Source of the DNA: Octopus bimaculoides | Lineage: Eukaryota | Assembly: GCF_001194135.2 (NCBI RefSeq) | Contig: NC_068981.1 | Location: 78,892,147 to 78,956,146, forward strand | Length of the DNA stretch: 64,000 nucleotides | Direction of reading: 5' to 3' | Shown: piece by piece, positions 11,033-23,046 of the stretch | Layout: each line of letters opens with the position of its first letter | How positions within the stretch are numbered: position 1 is the stretch's first letter | The notes under the pieces: model-generated | Told to the model about the DNA's origin: nothing | Databases searched by the model: none | The model's input: only the letters and a program-made list of their open reading frames with translations | Position numbers and translations under genes: made by a program

Positions 11033-12849
11033 TAATTGTCAATTAAGGTACTTAATTTCAGTCATCGTCGCACATCAAACTGCCAAGTGCATGACAAGCA
11101 AATGTCAGTGCAACCCAGGTAATGTAATGTGAAAACACACACACACACACTTATCCTCTAATATAATAATGCAATAATTCTTCAAAATTTATGGTTCTCA
11201 AAACTGTGAAGTTTGAGTGTTGGAGTACAGACCATATGATCTGGAGTTCAAACTTAACTGCTATAGCTTTGATGTTGTGCTCCTCAAGAAGACATAATTC
11301 TATCTGATTCACTTTGTAGTTGACTAGTTCCATTACTACTTCCCAGCAGAATCTTTAATAGTACAAATGATACCCAATCAAAAACTATACAAAAATATCT
11401 AAATCTGTAAAATTCACCCACACTGGAATGGAAAAAAAAAATGGACCATTATTTCCAAAGATAATTCTAATGTGGCTGGAGTTCTTGGAGCAGCAAAACA
11501 TATTTTGTTACCTGTCAATTATAAAAGGGAAATAAAACCAACTAAATATTGACATTTTCCTATCTTTGGAACATGTAGTTTGTTTTTATGAACAAATTTA
11601 ATCTAAGAACAGATTAATTTCAGAAGTGTATCAGAATCTATTGAAGAGAATGATTGTCAAATTTTTAAATTTCTGCCACAAAATTCACTATATTGAAATA
11701 AAAAGCAATAAATAAAAGACATCAAAAGTACACATTAAGAAGAAATTTCTACAATACTCTGGAATTGGCTTCTATATTATTAACAAGAATTATTGATTAT
11801 AAAGTTTTAGACCAAAAAAATTTTTAAAAAAGAGAAAGAAATTGGAGATATTATACATTAAATGAGATAAGCCAATTTACATTACAGGTGATGGAAACAG
11901 AATTGAAAGGACTGGCCAGTACCAACATAACTCAAATGTCTTGTCATCAAGACTTGTTATAGTATCTTGTCATCAAAAACTCATTGCCTTATGTTAAGTA
12001 TACACAGCCCAACAAACAAAAATAAAGGAAGAGAGAGGAGGGAAAAAGAAAGAGAGAAGTACATGTGCAGTTTGCAGAAAGAAAAACCAAGTCAATGATA
12101 AAGTGCTATTGAAAAATTCTTCAGAATATTTTTAAATCAAATATCGTCTACTTCAATGAGTCAGAATTTTACGTGAATAGAACGAGAAATAAATGCTTGA
12201 ACACATTGTAAACTATAGATAGAATTTTCAATTGAAAAATTAATATTAGATCTCAACAGCTCTATAGTTTGGCTTTATTTCCTATCCAAATTCAATAAGT
12301 AATTATTACAGACCACAAAGATTGTTAGCAATTTTTTTTTTTTTTTTTTAGACTAAATATTTTTAAATGATTAAGAAAGATAGCATTACACTACTGAGTA
12401 CATTTTCAATATTGAGACTCTATCATGACTAACTTACATAACTAATAACTAAACAGATTTGGTTAACTTTAAAATTAAGAAGATTGTTCTTTAACAGTCT
12501 TCTTAACTAAAACATGAAATTTTTTCAAGGAAACATAAGTAGGCTATCTCGAGTGAATATAGATGGAGAGAAATTTTACACCAGTTGCAGCAAAAGTAAT
12601 GGTGTAACTGTCACTGTAAACAACTAAGAACTGTACAAGCCAAAGAAGGAAGCACTAGAATATCAGCTAACCTGCTAAAAATAGCAGCTAAATTTCCCTC
12701 AAATCATACCCAACTGTTTTCTTATATAAAGCAAAGACATATTATATGAAACATGTTATCATGTCCTTAACTATATGAAACAAGCTATCATATCCTTAAC
12801 AAGGAGGTTAATCACAGCTGGAATGTTGTTGACCATCATTAGCTGGAAG

Positions 12850-13250
12850 CCCTCCCTGTGAGCAGGGGTAGGCTTACCAAGACACTCCACTTACCTCTGT
12901 GTTGTCCTGCGTGCATACAATCAACCAGATTCCCATTTCCAGTCAATTCTTTGATGGTGTCATTCTACAATTATCTTTGGCAACCTCTTGATCTCTTCCC
13001 CTCCACACTTCCTATCAAGATGATCCATGGTACACTGTGTCCAAAATATGATACATTTATGGACTTTAATCTCAACAATACATGTTTCTTGGCTTTCAGC
13101 AGGCTTCTTTCAGTTTCCATCTACCAAATACACTAATAAGGCTTTGGTTGGCCCAGAGTTATACTAGAAGACACCTGCTTTGCATTGGGACTTTACCTAA
13201 AACCATGTACTTGTAAAGCAAACTCCCTACAACACAGCCACACTTGTACC
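12850..13250 (-). mobile_element. RTE-like LINE 3' remnant (12850-13090) followed by a SINE family B fragment (13100-13250)
   Basis: Broken minus frame MDHLDRKCGGEEIKRLPKIIVE resembles the RTE G.R.RGRPK region. CTTCTTTCAGTTTCCATCTACCAAAT is family B. Confidence 0.5.
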
Positions 13251-13588
13251 TATATATGTGTGTGTGTGTGTGCGTGCACATGTGTTTGTGTGCATATGTG
13301 CATACACTCACTCTTCAATAAGATATTTATGGTGTTTTTTTTTTACATTATATAAAATATATCCAACATGTAAACACTTCAACTAAAGATGTGGAGAAAA
13401 TATTTCCAGCATAGCATAAGATTTATCTAATCAGTAAGTGGTTATCTTTAATAAGTGAAACACAAAACAGTAAAATTAAAAGAAAACAAATTTAATTCAT
13501 GACCGAAAATGATCCAAACTCATAATCCATAAAAGTATTAAATCTAATTTTAGATAATTTTCATTCTTAGACACGAGTGTGTGAGTGA

Positions 13589-13653
<65 letters not shown>

Positions 13654-13910
13654 CTAGCTGACATACCGGTAATTCCCGGGAAAGCGGGGCTTATCCCTTT
13701 GTTCTGTTCTCATAATTGTTTCGCTAATCCAGTCACAACAATACAAAACCCTTAAAACAGTTTTTGTGCATTTATTGAGAATACTGAACTGTCTTTCACA
13801 GGATCTTGTATTTAGGAATTCCCAATAAGTTATGAACACCCAAATTGTGAAGTCAATTATGTAATAACATGAAATTAATTACCCAATAATAAGAATTCAA
13901 ATAAACTAGT
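13654..13910 (-). mobile_element. Helitron 3' terminal fragment
   Basis: Minus strand ends CCCGGGAATTACCGGTATGTCAGCTAG|T (GC hairpin plus CTAG) next to (TA)n. Confidence 0.55.
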
Positions 13911-16794
13911 CCCGAAAAGGGCAGACGGTAGAACTTACCACAGTCCTCTTGTTTGCCAGCTCCAGCCAAACTGTCCAACCCAGGCCAGCCTGGGAGACAG
14001 ACAAAAAATGGTGATGTTTTTATCTATTTATCTATCTACACACACACACACACGCACACACACGCACACACACGTAAAACTTAAGTCAGTATTTGGCCTA
14101 GGCCCCATCCAAACTAAGAGCACCATCTGAGTTATGTATGCCAACCAATTATGAGAAACCAAGAAAGTCAGGTGTGTACAATTTATATGTTTTACTAGAA
14201 TATGTTACAATTTCACAATGATCCATGTGGAGCAAAAATATCTAATATTAAAACAGTAGCAATTAAATAAAACAGACATAAGTAATCATTGTTCTCACAG
14301 AAATGGAATATGTTAATTACAAATAATTAGTATTGATGATATAAAATCAGAACAATGAAGTCACTATTTCCATAGCCAGCTTTGATGAAAATGGCATGAC
14401 AAGACTACATGTAAGATAAATTACACAAAATATTTCTAATGACTCCAAAACAGAATATGCAACTGCTTTGAACAGAAAAAATTCAAGTTGAAAGATGTCA
14501 GATGTAGAAAGGTGGTGGTTAAGAAGGAGAGATTGCTTACAACAGTAATATAGAGCAAAGTACTCGAGCCTTAGTGATTCTTTAGATGAATGCATATTTA
14601 TAATTTCTGAAGCACATTGTTAGAAATCATATCACTTTCTGATAAAATCATATACAATCCATGAGTTAAACTTTTTAGACTGGCTAATCTAATTCCTAAG
14701 TTGGTTAGCATAAGAAACTAGAATCATGTCTTGCTTACAGATATAATACTGCAGACTGTGGACTTGTAATCCTCCTTCCCCATTTACCACACATTTGTAA
14801 GATCTCAGTGATAATCACATTTGCTCAACCCAGTCAATTAATGCTATTTTGTCCTGTGAAACAAAATATCCACATAGCCACTAAACCTGCAAGAAATAGT
14901 AGCCACATTTCTTCAAATCACACACAACTATTTTAATTAATTAAAAAAAGAAGGATTTATTGGTTAATGTAGTCCTAGGAATACAGAAAGAGTAGATTGG
15001 CCACAGCTAAGAATATCTTTGATCATATGTTCGCTGGACCAGGGCTAATCTGGGGTTAAACGACAACAAAGAGTTACATGTAAGAGACTGAACTCTACAT
15101 AACATATACAACTAGCAGGAAATATAATTAAAAGATTGTTTTGACACCTTTCTATTAACAAGTCAATTAAATCTTAATGTTATTCCTAAACCAACTAATG
15201 CATTGATTTCATACCATTTCTTGTCAAATAATGTTCTGCTAATGACAGTTATTGGAAAGGTTGTCACTACTGATGTTGTATAGCACTAATTGTTAGCTTA
15301 TGGATTTCAAAATAATAAATAATAACAACCACTAACTCAGCTTTTCCTAACTTTTTTAACAAATTATTTGAGTATCACATTGCAAACACTTACTTTATAA
15401 AACAATTTTATAAAATTTACTAGAACAGTTAGATTTTAATTAAAATTTGGTTGGAACAAATCTTGGACTTAAATTTATTTGAAGTAAAAAAAAAAAAACA
15501 CAGCTATAGCTTTGAATAAAGCAGTTTAATTTTAAACCTTTTCAACTGGCTCCTGTTGCAAATTCATGAAACTGGTAAACATCCTCAAACTTTTCACCTT
15601 TGCAATATTTTCTTTTCAGTTATCCAGTCAGTTAAATGCTGAGATCAAACTTATATTTCTGCTTACATATATCATGAGTAACTAGCATTCATCAAGTTCA
15701 AAATATTATACTGCAGACATATTAATCAATTATATTATCAGCATAACCACAGTGTGAAGAACATAACCACTTCCATAAATATATTATTGCAACTTATATG
15801 GTTTTGTTCTATTTTCCTTCCAACCTAATCAGAGCTATGTTATTTCAAAACTAATGTACAAAATGCTTCACAAGTAATTTTCTGTAATTTTCAAGACTCG
15901 CAGGCTTATTCACACTGACAAAGAAACTATATTCAAAACAGCAATAATATGATGGATGGAGGATAAATCTGACATACATCAAAACTGATCAATATTGTTA
16001 ATCAATCAAACTGAAAAGAAGGTAGATGGTCAGAATAGGACTCGTTAAATGTTTGATATGATAAAATCAATATGACTGCCATTAGTGATATTCTACGAGA
16101 AAGTACCTAGAATACATCAAAGATGTTTGATACTTTAATCAATTGAAGATAGTAACAATTATACATAGCATCAGAGAAGTGACCTTGATTAGTATAGAAT
16201 TAAGTAAGCAAGAAAGTAATGCTGCATAATGAGTGCAAATAATAGGTACACAAACCGTGCAGTGAAATTTTTGGCACACTGATTTGTGAAGCAGAATTTT
16301 AGGTACATCAGGTGCACTAAAATAGCAATGCACCGCAGACTATCAATTGTTCAAACAACTTGCTACATGTTTTGTTACTTAAATGGCAATTATTCCATGA
16401 AAAGTATACAGGTAAGGGTTAATAATAGGTGGGAGTTCAGTGTACTATACAAGGCATGTGTAAGAAGTTTGAAGCTCTATAAAGTAGTGAATGAAAAAGG
16501 ATTCACAATTTAATTTATTAGATATACAATGTTAGCTAACAAGAAAAGTTAACACAAACTGAAAAAAAAATGAATATGAAAGACTTTGGCCCATGCTTGT
16601 AGCAGTAACAATTAAACAGCTATAAGCATGTAATGTAAATGGATACATGCTGAATGTATTGCACTGCAATCTTGTGAGAGTGACATTCATTTATTTGCCT
16701 CAAAGTATCACACTTCATCACAACAAAAGGATTATCACAACACTGGGACTGCCATAGGAAATCTGCTCTCAATTGCATCAGTGCAGCTACTTAC

Positions 16795-16835
16795 ATAGTT
16801 CTCTAGATAACTTGTTCTTTGCAGAACCATCAAAC
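16795..16835 (-). CDS. Candidate 41-nt internal exon of the host gene (FDGSAKNKLSREL or LMVLQRTSYLENY depending on phase)
   Basis: Acceptor TATTTTCCTCTATTTTTGCATAG|G and donor TAT|GTAAGT. Two frames are open. Confidence 0.4.
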
Positions 16836-16961
16836 CTATGCAAAAATAGAGGAAAATATATGTGTGTGCATACATTATCAATGATAGAATTTCTTCTCTG
16901 ACTTTACATGAAACCAGGGTTAAGCAATGTCCTTTTGAAGCCAGTGGCTGTGCAGCTTTAA

Positions 16962-17181
16962 CCCTTTAGTGTTTAAACCGGCCATATCTGGCCAAGATAT
17001 TCTACATGTTTTATATTTAAACTGGCCATATCTAGCCTCTCACACTTAACCTACATTGACATTCTCAAAATAAACAATCACATCATTGAAACATCAAAGC
17101 TATAAGATAATGCATGATTAATTTAAAACAATTTGAGTGAAAAAGTATTACATTTAACAGAGTTATCTGAACACTAAAGGG
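16962..17181. mobile_element. piggyBac-like MITE, family 1 (best copy, 220 bp)
   Basis: TTAA|CCCTTTAGTGTT ... AACACTAAAGGG|TTAA: perfect 12-bp TIR and TTAA target duplication. Confidence 0.85.
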
Positions 17182-18178
17182 TTAATAAGAGTCCATAAAT
17201 AATGGCACAACTCTAGGAGTAGCACGATCAGGTTTTATCAGCATAATTAATGAAAAATTGATTAGTCACAATGTTCAAGTTGTTAAAGTGGTTTTTAGAT
17301 TAACACTAAGTATCACTAATTTCATATTTATTCAAGCAAACACACCACAGTAGAATATAATATTCCTTTACAAATCTGCAGAATGCCAAGACAAAAAACT
17401 GAACTTTGAAATCCTTTAAAACAGAATTCTGGAGTTGTCATTGAATAACAGACACCCTCAAGAATATTCTCACAGTGCAGACATAGAAAACAGGAGCCAA
17501 ATTATATTAGTTTGGTATCAATGTGCTTCTACTTAGTTTTCTATAGGTCAGATATGAGAAAAAGATTCAAACATTTCCTATATGTTACAATTATAGAAAC
17601 AATGATCTAAAATGTTTATAGTACTGAGTCAAAAAGAATTATTGGCACAGAGGTGAACACGAAATTGGATTGATAAGAGTTAGATTTAATGACGATTTAG
17701 AGGGTTAGGATAGGCTGTCTAGATTTTAAGAAAGCAGGACTAATTTTGGGTTAAACAATAGAGAATATAGGTTTTATGAATCATGGCAAATTTTTGTTTG
17801 AACTGAAATAGTATTAAAAATATTGAACTAAAATAGCATTATCATTAGCTATAATCATTTGTTCCACCAGAAAAATATTTATGGTTAACTTTTTAGGAAA
17901 ACAATCAGCAGAGATATAAAGTTAATAACATAAACAAGCACAGGATCATGAAGAGAAAAAGTGAACTGAAAAAAAAGGTGACTATATATGTTGGATATTA
18001 CAAATATCAGTTTCAGATGGACAACAACATACATATCTATCACTTGCTAAGAGACTACATAATTAATTACACAATAGAATAACTGCTATCTTACCTTTTC
18101 TAGGTACTATAAAATTTACGTTAAATAATTACAGTTAATTGATGAAAGTATATTTTGAATGATTAAAAATGACTCAAT

Positions 18179-18490
18179 TACAGGGTAATTTATAATGGAA
18201 ACAATTTAATTTCATAAAAGAGATAAACCAAAGTAGAGGGAATACTTTAATTTCGACAGGGACCTCTCTAGTGCTAGGAGCGTAATAAAATGCTGTAAAA
18301 TATTTGGTGATAAGGACATCACAATACAAAAACCTTGCCAAAAGTAACAAAGGAACAAATAGAGAAAGTGTAAAGAAGATTTGTTAATCTCAAACGGACA
18401 ACCTGTGTATCGCCAGTGGTATGATAAAGTGTACCCATTCACAATACATAGAGAGGTTGGTGACAAGAAGTTCATTAAATACATAGAGCT
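18179..18490 (+). mobile_element. Possible Tc1/mariner-type 5' end remnant
   Basis: TA|CAGGGT start. Broken frames RSVIKCCKIFGD and VTKEQIEKV*RRF resemble a transposase HTH region. Weak. Confidence 0.35.
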
Positions 18491-18945
18491 AGATGGGTTT
18501 TTTTCCTCTACTGCTATGTGTACCAGATGGTATTGGACTGTGGCAAATAGTGAGAGTGACATTTTTCCAACCCATGCAAGCATGGACAAACATGTATATG
18601 ATGGTGATGATGATGACAATAATGACGATAGCTAAGCAAAACAAGAACTATAAAATAAGCATCTCTGGTATTTGTGTGCCATAATATTTAATGATGGATT
18701 GAATCTAACTTTGTTACATACTTAATTCCAATGTTTATAAATGTTTTAAATAATACATTTTGAATCATGTTGAAATACCTAATGTACAAAATTATTTTTA
18801 AACTGATTCTAGAAATAATACAGAATAACAAAACAACTTCTTGAATGAACATTCCTAATGATGTCTTGGTAAATGCTAATTTACTCTTCGATTATTTTAG
18901 ATAAGCTTCTTAAATATTGGCAACATCCATTAACCTTTAGCTTAC

Positions 18946-18998
18946 TGTACGTAGTCCAGTTACTTCTTCGCGTATAGAAACCCCAATAGGTCAAAGAC
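18946..18998 (-). CDS. Candidate 53-nt exon of the host gene
   Basis: Acceptor TTCCTTCTCCAG|G and donor ACA|GTAAGC. It has three CpGs in a CpG-depleted intron. The open frame is SLTYWGFYTRRSNWTTY; another frame reads GL*PIGVSIREEVTGLRT. Confidence 0.45.
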
Positions 18999-19130
18999 CT
19001 GGAGAAGGAATTTTCAAATGCCATATACAAAAGAATAATAAACTTAATAAACTGGAATGGGTCAATAACAGTTTATAAATGATAAACCAAGTTTCTTTAT
19101 CACGTGAAAAATTGTTATATAGAGAAAATA

Positions 19131-19698
19131 TTGGATCTTTTTTAAAACGGGGGCCACATTTTTCATTAATGTTTTACGTAGTGTTTTTGGTACCGAAAGA
19201 CTTTCAAACTTCGTATACTTATCTATAATTTATTTCATGTAAAAAGAATTTATTTCATGTAAAAAATTGTCTTATTTCGATAATTTCAACCAATCACTGA
19301 CAAGTATTCAGTTGTTTACATTTACTCCTTTGGCTGATTAAGCCATAGCTTCGTTTTATTTGCTTTTTTCATTTTCTTTTCTTTTTCTTCGTTTTATTTG
19401 CTTTTTTCTTTTTAAATTTGCTGTTTTACCCTAACCCTAACCCTATCACCGATAGAATTGTTTCAGAATCGTTTGTTTATGTAGTCGGGACTTAATGTAT
19501 ATCGGCTGAATGGACGTCAGTGATTGGTTGAAATTACAGAAATACGACAACTTTAACATGGAATAACTTAGGGATTTCTTTTTTTTTTTAAGAAGACTAA
19601 GAGAAAAAGATGTTTTATATGACACATTCTACCAATGTTTCAAGTTTCAAAGTGTTTCGTTAATGAAAAATGTGGCCCCCGTTTTAAAAAAGATCCAA
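19131..19698. mobile_element. MITE with ~38-bp TIRs, internal inverted repeats and telomere-type CCCTAA repeats
   Basis: TTGGATCTTTTTTAAAACGGGGGCCACATTTTTCATTA at the left and its reverse complement at 19661-19698. AATTTCAACCAATCACTGAC / GTCAGTGATTGGTTGAAATT lie inside. Confidence 0.8.
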
Positions 19699-20100
19699 AA
19701 TATTTATTTATTCAGAATAGTATTGCATTGTAAAATAGAATAAGATGTTTTAGAACAGAAAGCCACTACAATGCAAGATAGAAAGAAAGGAGTGAAAACA
19801 ACAACAAAATAGAAGCAATGGTTTCCACTTTCATTTTATAATTCAACAGATTTGGTTTAAACACCTCTTATCAAGAGAAAAATAGAAGGTATACAAGCTA
19901 GCTTCATTCTGCACAAATCAGAAATAATGAACCAGCTATTTTTCAAATGTTAACATGTGCAGAATGATTTCGATAAATCAGTCAACCAGTTCATGTTGAT
20001 TGTTGATGGGTCTTCACTTGGAAAATGCTTGCCTGGAAGTCAACCACACACTACAACAAAGTATACAAACTAGCTAACTGCCCACTCAAATTTGAGGATA

Positions 20101-20395
20101 CAGTAATCCCTTGACTATTGAAGGTGTTACATTCCAAAACCTCCCACAGAAATAATTAAAATCTAAAAAAATATAATACCTATCGGCCGCAGAAACCCGT
20201 GATATACTGAGGAGTCCGGAATATAAATTTACATAAATTAGCCAGAAAAATCTGCGATGTATTGAGCGTGCGATAGGTGAACAGCAATGTACTGAGTGCA
20301 TGATAGGTGAACCACAATGTACTGAGTGCGCGATAAGTGAACCACGATGTACTGGGTGCACGATAGGTGAACTGCAATATGATCAGGGATTACTG
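20101..20395. mobile_element. pogo/Tigger-like MITE carrying a 30-bp minisatellite
   Basis: TA|CAGTAATCCCT ... AGGGATTACTG|TA. About 4 copies of (G/A)ATGTACTGAGTGC.CGATAGGTGAACCAC at ~20256-20378. Confidence 0.8.
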
Positions 20396-20943
20396 TATAT
20401 TTTTATGGGCCAACATGTTGTTAACGCTTAATATATATGTAATGAACTTTACATCAGGAGCACTATTTGAAAACTGTATATTTTATATTAAAGAAAACAG
20501 TCATATAAATATTTTCTGCATTAAACATCAGAATATCACAGTCACTATGAAATCCTCAGAACAGAATATTGGAGATTTAAAAGTTAAAGAAGCTAACCTT
20601 CTTAATAAACTCTATCCATACACCAATAATATGTATAAAATGAATAATACTGATTGGTTGATGTAATTAACACCAGTTAGCACATGTTACAACATTCCTT
20701 CTCTCAGTATGTTGGTAATTGAATGTCTTATTATTTGAGATCAGTGTAGAATGGAGCTAGCTTGAGGTATTTTTCAAATTATTGAAATATATGATAAGAG
20801 TATAAACCATTATTTTGCATTTTTCTTCAATCCTTTTATTTCCAACATGCTTCCTGAAACATTTTAACTATTTAATATGCAAGTAATCTTCATTAATAAT
20901 TTAAATTATACTGTAATTATCGTTTTTGTTTTGTTTTAAGTGT

Positions 20944-21027
20944 TTACAGCTGTTTTTCTCAATCAAACATAATTCTGAAAATAAGAATATTTTCAGAATT
21001 ATGTTTGATTGAGAAAAACAGCTGTAA
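20944..21027. repeat. Perfect inverted repeat: 40-bp arms, 4-nt loop (AGAA)
   Basis: TTACAGCTGTTTTTCTCAATCAAACATAATTCTGAAAATA-AGAA-TATTTTCAGAATTATGTTTGATTGAGAAAAACAGCTGTAA, checked base by base. Confidence 0.97.
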
Positions 21028-21488
21028 CATGTGCTAACAGGTGAAAATTCTACACATATATTCCACAGAAGCAAAGAGGGAAGTGTAGGTCTCTCTACAA
21101 CAAGGATGAAAAAGACCATATTATAGTGTGCAAATCTCCGGTTATATATAGATGGTCTAAGTCTATACAGCAAAACAAAAAATAGAAGCAGTTATTTTAA
21201 ATAGATGAATAAGTATACTCTGCATAATTTATTCAAAATATATGTAAACAAACTCACACAGGAGGGAGAAAAATGAGGGAGATACTTTTTAAGTATTTAT
21301 GCTGAATTACACGGTCATTTTTCATACATATATTCCAACAATTACTTTCCATTTATTACTGATGATTCTTAAAACTTAGATACATTGAGATATATTTCTT
21401 ATTTTCCTTTTTGTAGCTTTCCTTTAGCTACATGCATAAATAAAATGACAACTTTTTTTTCTTTTAACTGATTGGTATACTATGGGAC

Positions 21489-21880
21489 GTGGAGGCGCAA
21501 TGGCCCAGTGGTTAGAGCAGCAGACTCGCAGTCATAGGATCGCGGTTTCGATTCCCAGACCGGGCGTTGTGAGTGTTTATTGAGCGAAAACACCTAAAGC
21601 TCCTCGAGGCTCCAGCAGGGGATGGTGGCAAACCCTGCTGTACTCTTTCACCACAACTTTCTCTCACTCTTACTTCTTGTTTCTGTTGTGCCTGTAATTC
21701 AAAGGGTCAGCCTTGTCACACTGTGTCACGCTTAATATCCCCGAGAACTACGTTAAAGGGTACCCATGTCTGTGGAGTGCTCAGCCACTTGCACGTTAAT
21801 TTCACGAGCAGGCTGTTCCGTTGATCGGATCAACTGGAACCCTCGACGTCGTAAGCGACGGAGTGCCAACAACAACAACA
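21489..21880 (+). mobile_element. Full-length tRNA-derived SINE family C with (CAA)n tail and 12-bp TSD
   Basis: A box TGGCCCAGTGG and B box GGTTTCGATTCC. TSD ATACTATGGGAC at 21477-21488 and 21881-21892. A homologue lies at 55121. Confidence 0.92.
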
Positions 21881-22501
21881 ATACTATGGGACAAAATGCA
21901 GTGCTTTGTTGAAAGAGATAGCATAACAACAGTGATTCCAGTCTATTTATTCTCTGTACTGAAGAAAAAGAATGCAAAAAGTCATGCTTCAAAGAAAAAT
22001 CATTTTAAACCATACTAAAATGAATCCGCCGGGCAAAATTTTCAATAATCAAGACTACCACTGAGACAGTAAAACTGCACTTTCTCCAAATTACTTAAAA
22101 TTGTTTCTTTGTCTTGGGTTTTTCATGTTTTTTTTTGTTAGATTCTTTTACACATTAATTAGTCATAAAAACTTTTAGAGTTTCTATGAGATTTAATTTT
22201 TTTAAGCCATCTGAAAATATAAGTGGTGAGAGAAAATTAAGTATGACATATAATTATTAATAATTGGCAAGTGTTCTTAATGAGAATAATTGTCTTCGGT
22301 TGAGTGTGATTTAGTATAATGAGAGGAAATTATTGCATGCTACGATAACTAGATAGGTCTTAAGTGACTCCTGCTCTAAAAGTCTGATTTTTATCAAAAT
22401 AACAACAAAAATCTCTTTCCACTGTAATCTTGTCTTATGTTCCAGTGAGAGGAGTTATTGACATAATACAGGTTGATCAGTCTATCTTGTGCTCCACTTA
22501 C

Positions 22502-22531
22502 TTAACACTTGTGGTTTGCTTTATCAGTATA
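22502..22531 (-). CDS. Candidate 30-nt exon (ILIKQTTSV in phase 2; other frames stop)
   Basis: Acceptor TTCTTTCTTTACCAG|T and donor TAA|GTAAGT. Confidence 0.3.
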   Translation of the reverse strand, partial: YTDKANHKC

Positions 22532-22881
22532 CTGGTAAAGAAAGAACATGATAATGATTCTTAGAACTCTTAGATTGCAGAAGTTGCTATTGTGCAACAC
22601 TAAGTCAGCCCTGATCAAGCAAACATGTAGCATGTGACAGCTGATTAAAAAACCTAAACAGAAACACCAGATCCAGTGTTTTAGATTAACCATGTCTCTG
22701 CCTAACAGATCTGATTGGCATAAACTAAAGAGCACAAAAATAGTAATGGTTAGTGTCCAGTGATAAAATATAGGAACATAAAGAGTACTAAAGAACAAAA
22801 AATTCCCAGTGAGAGAGCAGGGTAACACAAGCGAAGAGAACCAAAACAAGCTGATTGATTGGGATTTAAGACTTACATTAA

Positions 22882-23046
22882 CCCTTTAGCATTTAAACCA
22901 GTTATATCCTACCATGCAATGTCATTCTAAAAATTAAGCAATCACATTTATGCAATCTTGAAACTACAAGCTAATACTTGATTAATTAAAAAAATATATA
23001 AATAAATAAGCATTACATTTGGCAAAGTAATCTGAATGTTAAAGGA
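22882..23046. mobile_element. piggyBac-like MITE, family 1 (internally deleted)
   Basis: TTAA|CCCTTTAGCATTTAAACC ... GTAATCTGAATGTTAAAGGA. Confidence 0.7.

Noticed and set aside
11151-11412. Exon after the acceptor at 11413 (VGEFYRFRYFCIVFDWVSF...)
   Set aside because: There is no strong donor, the frame ends in a stop and the product is unrecognisable. T-rich minus-strand DNA creates many such sites.
18381-18635. 84-aa + strand ORF (SNGQPVYRQWYDKVYPF...) as a gene
   Set aside because: It fuses a decayed transposon-like fragment to a SINE D (GAT)n tail, which supplies the poly-Asp end.
20256-20378. CRISPR-like array (30-bp repeats)
   Set aside because: The units are contiguous with no unique spacers, lie inside a TA-flanked MITE, and the context is eukaryotic with no cas genes.
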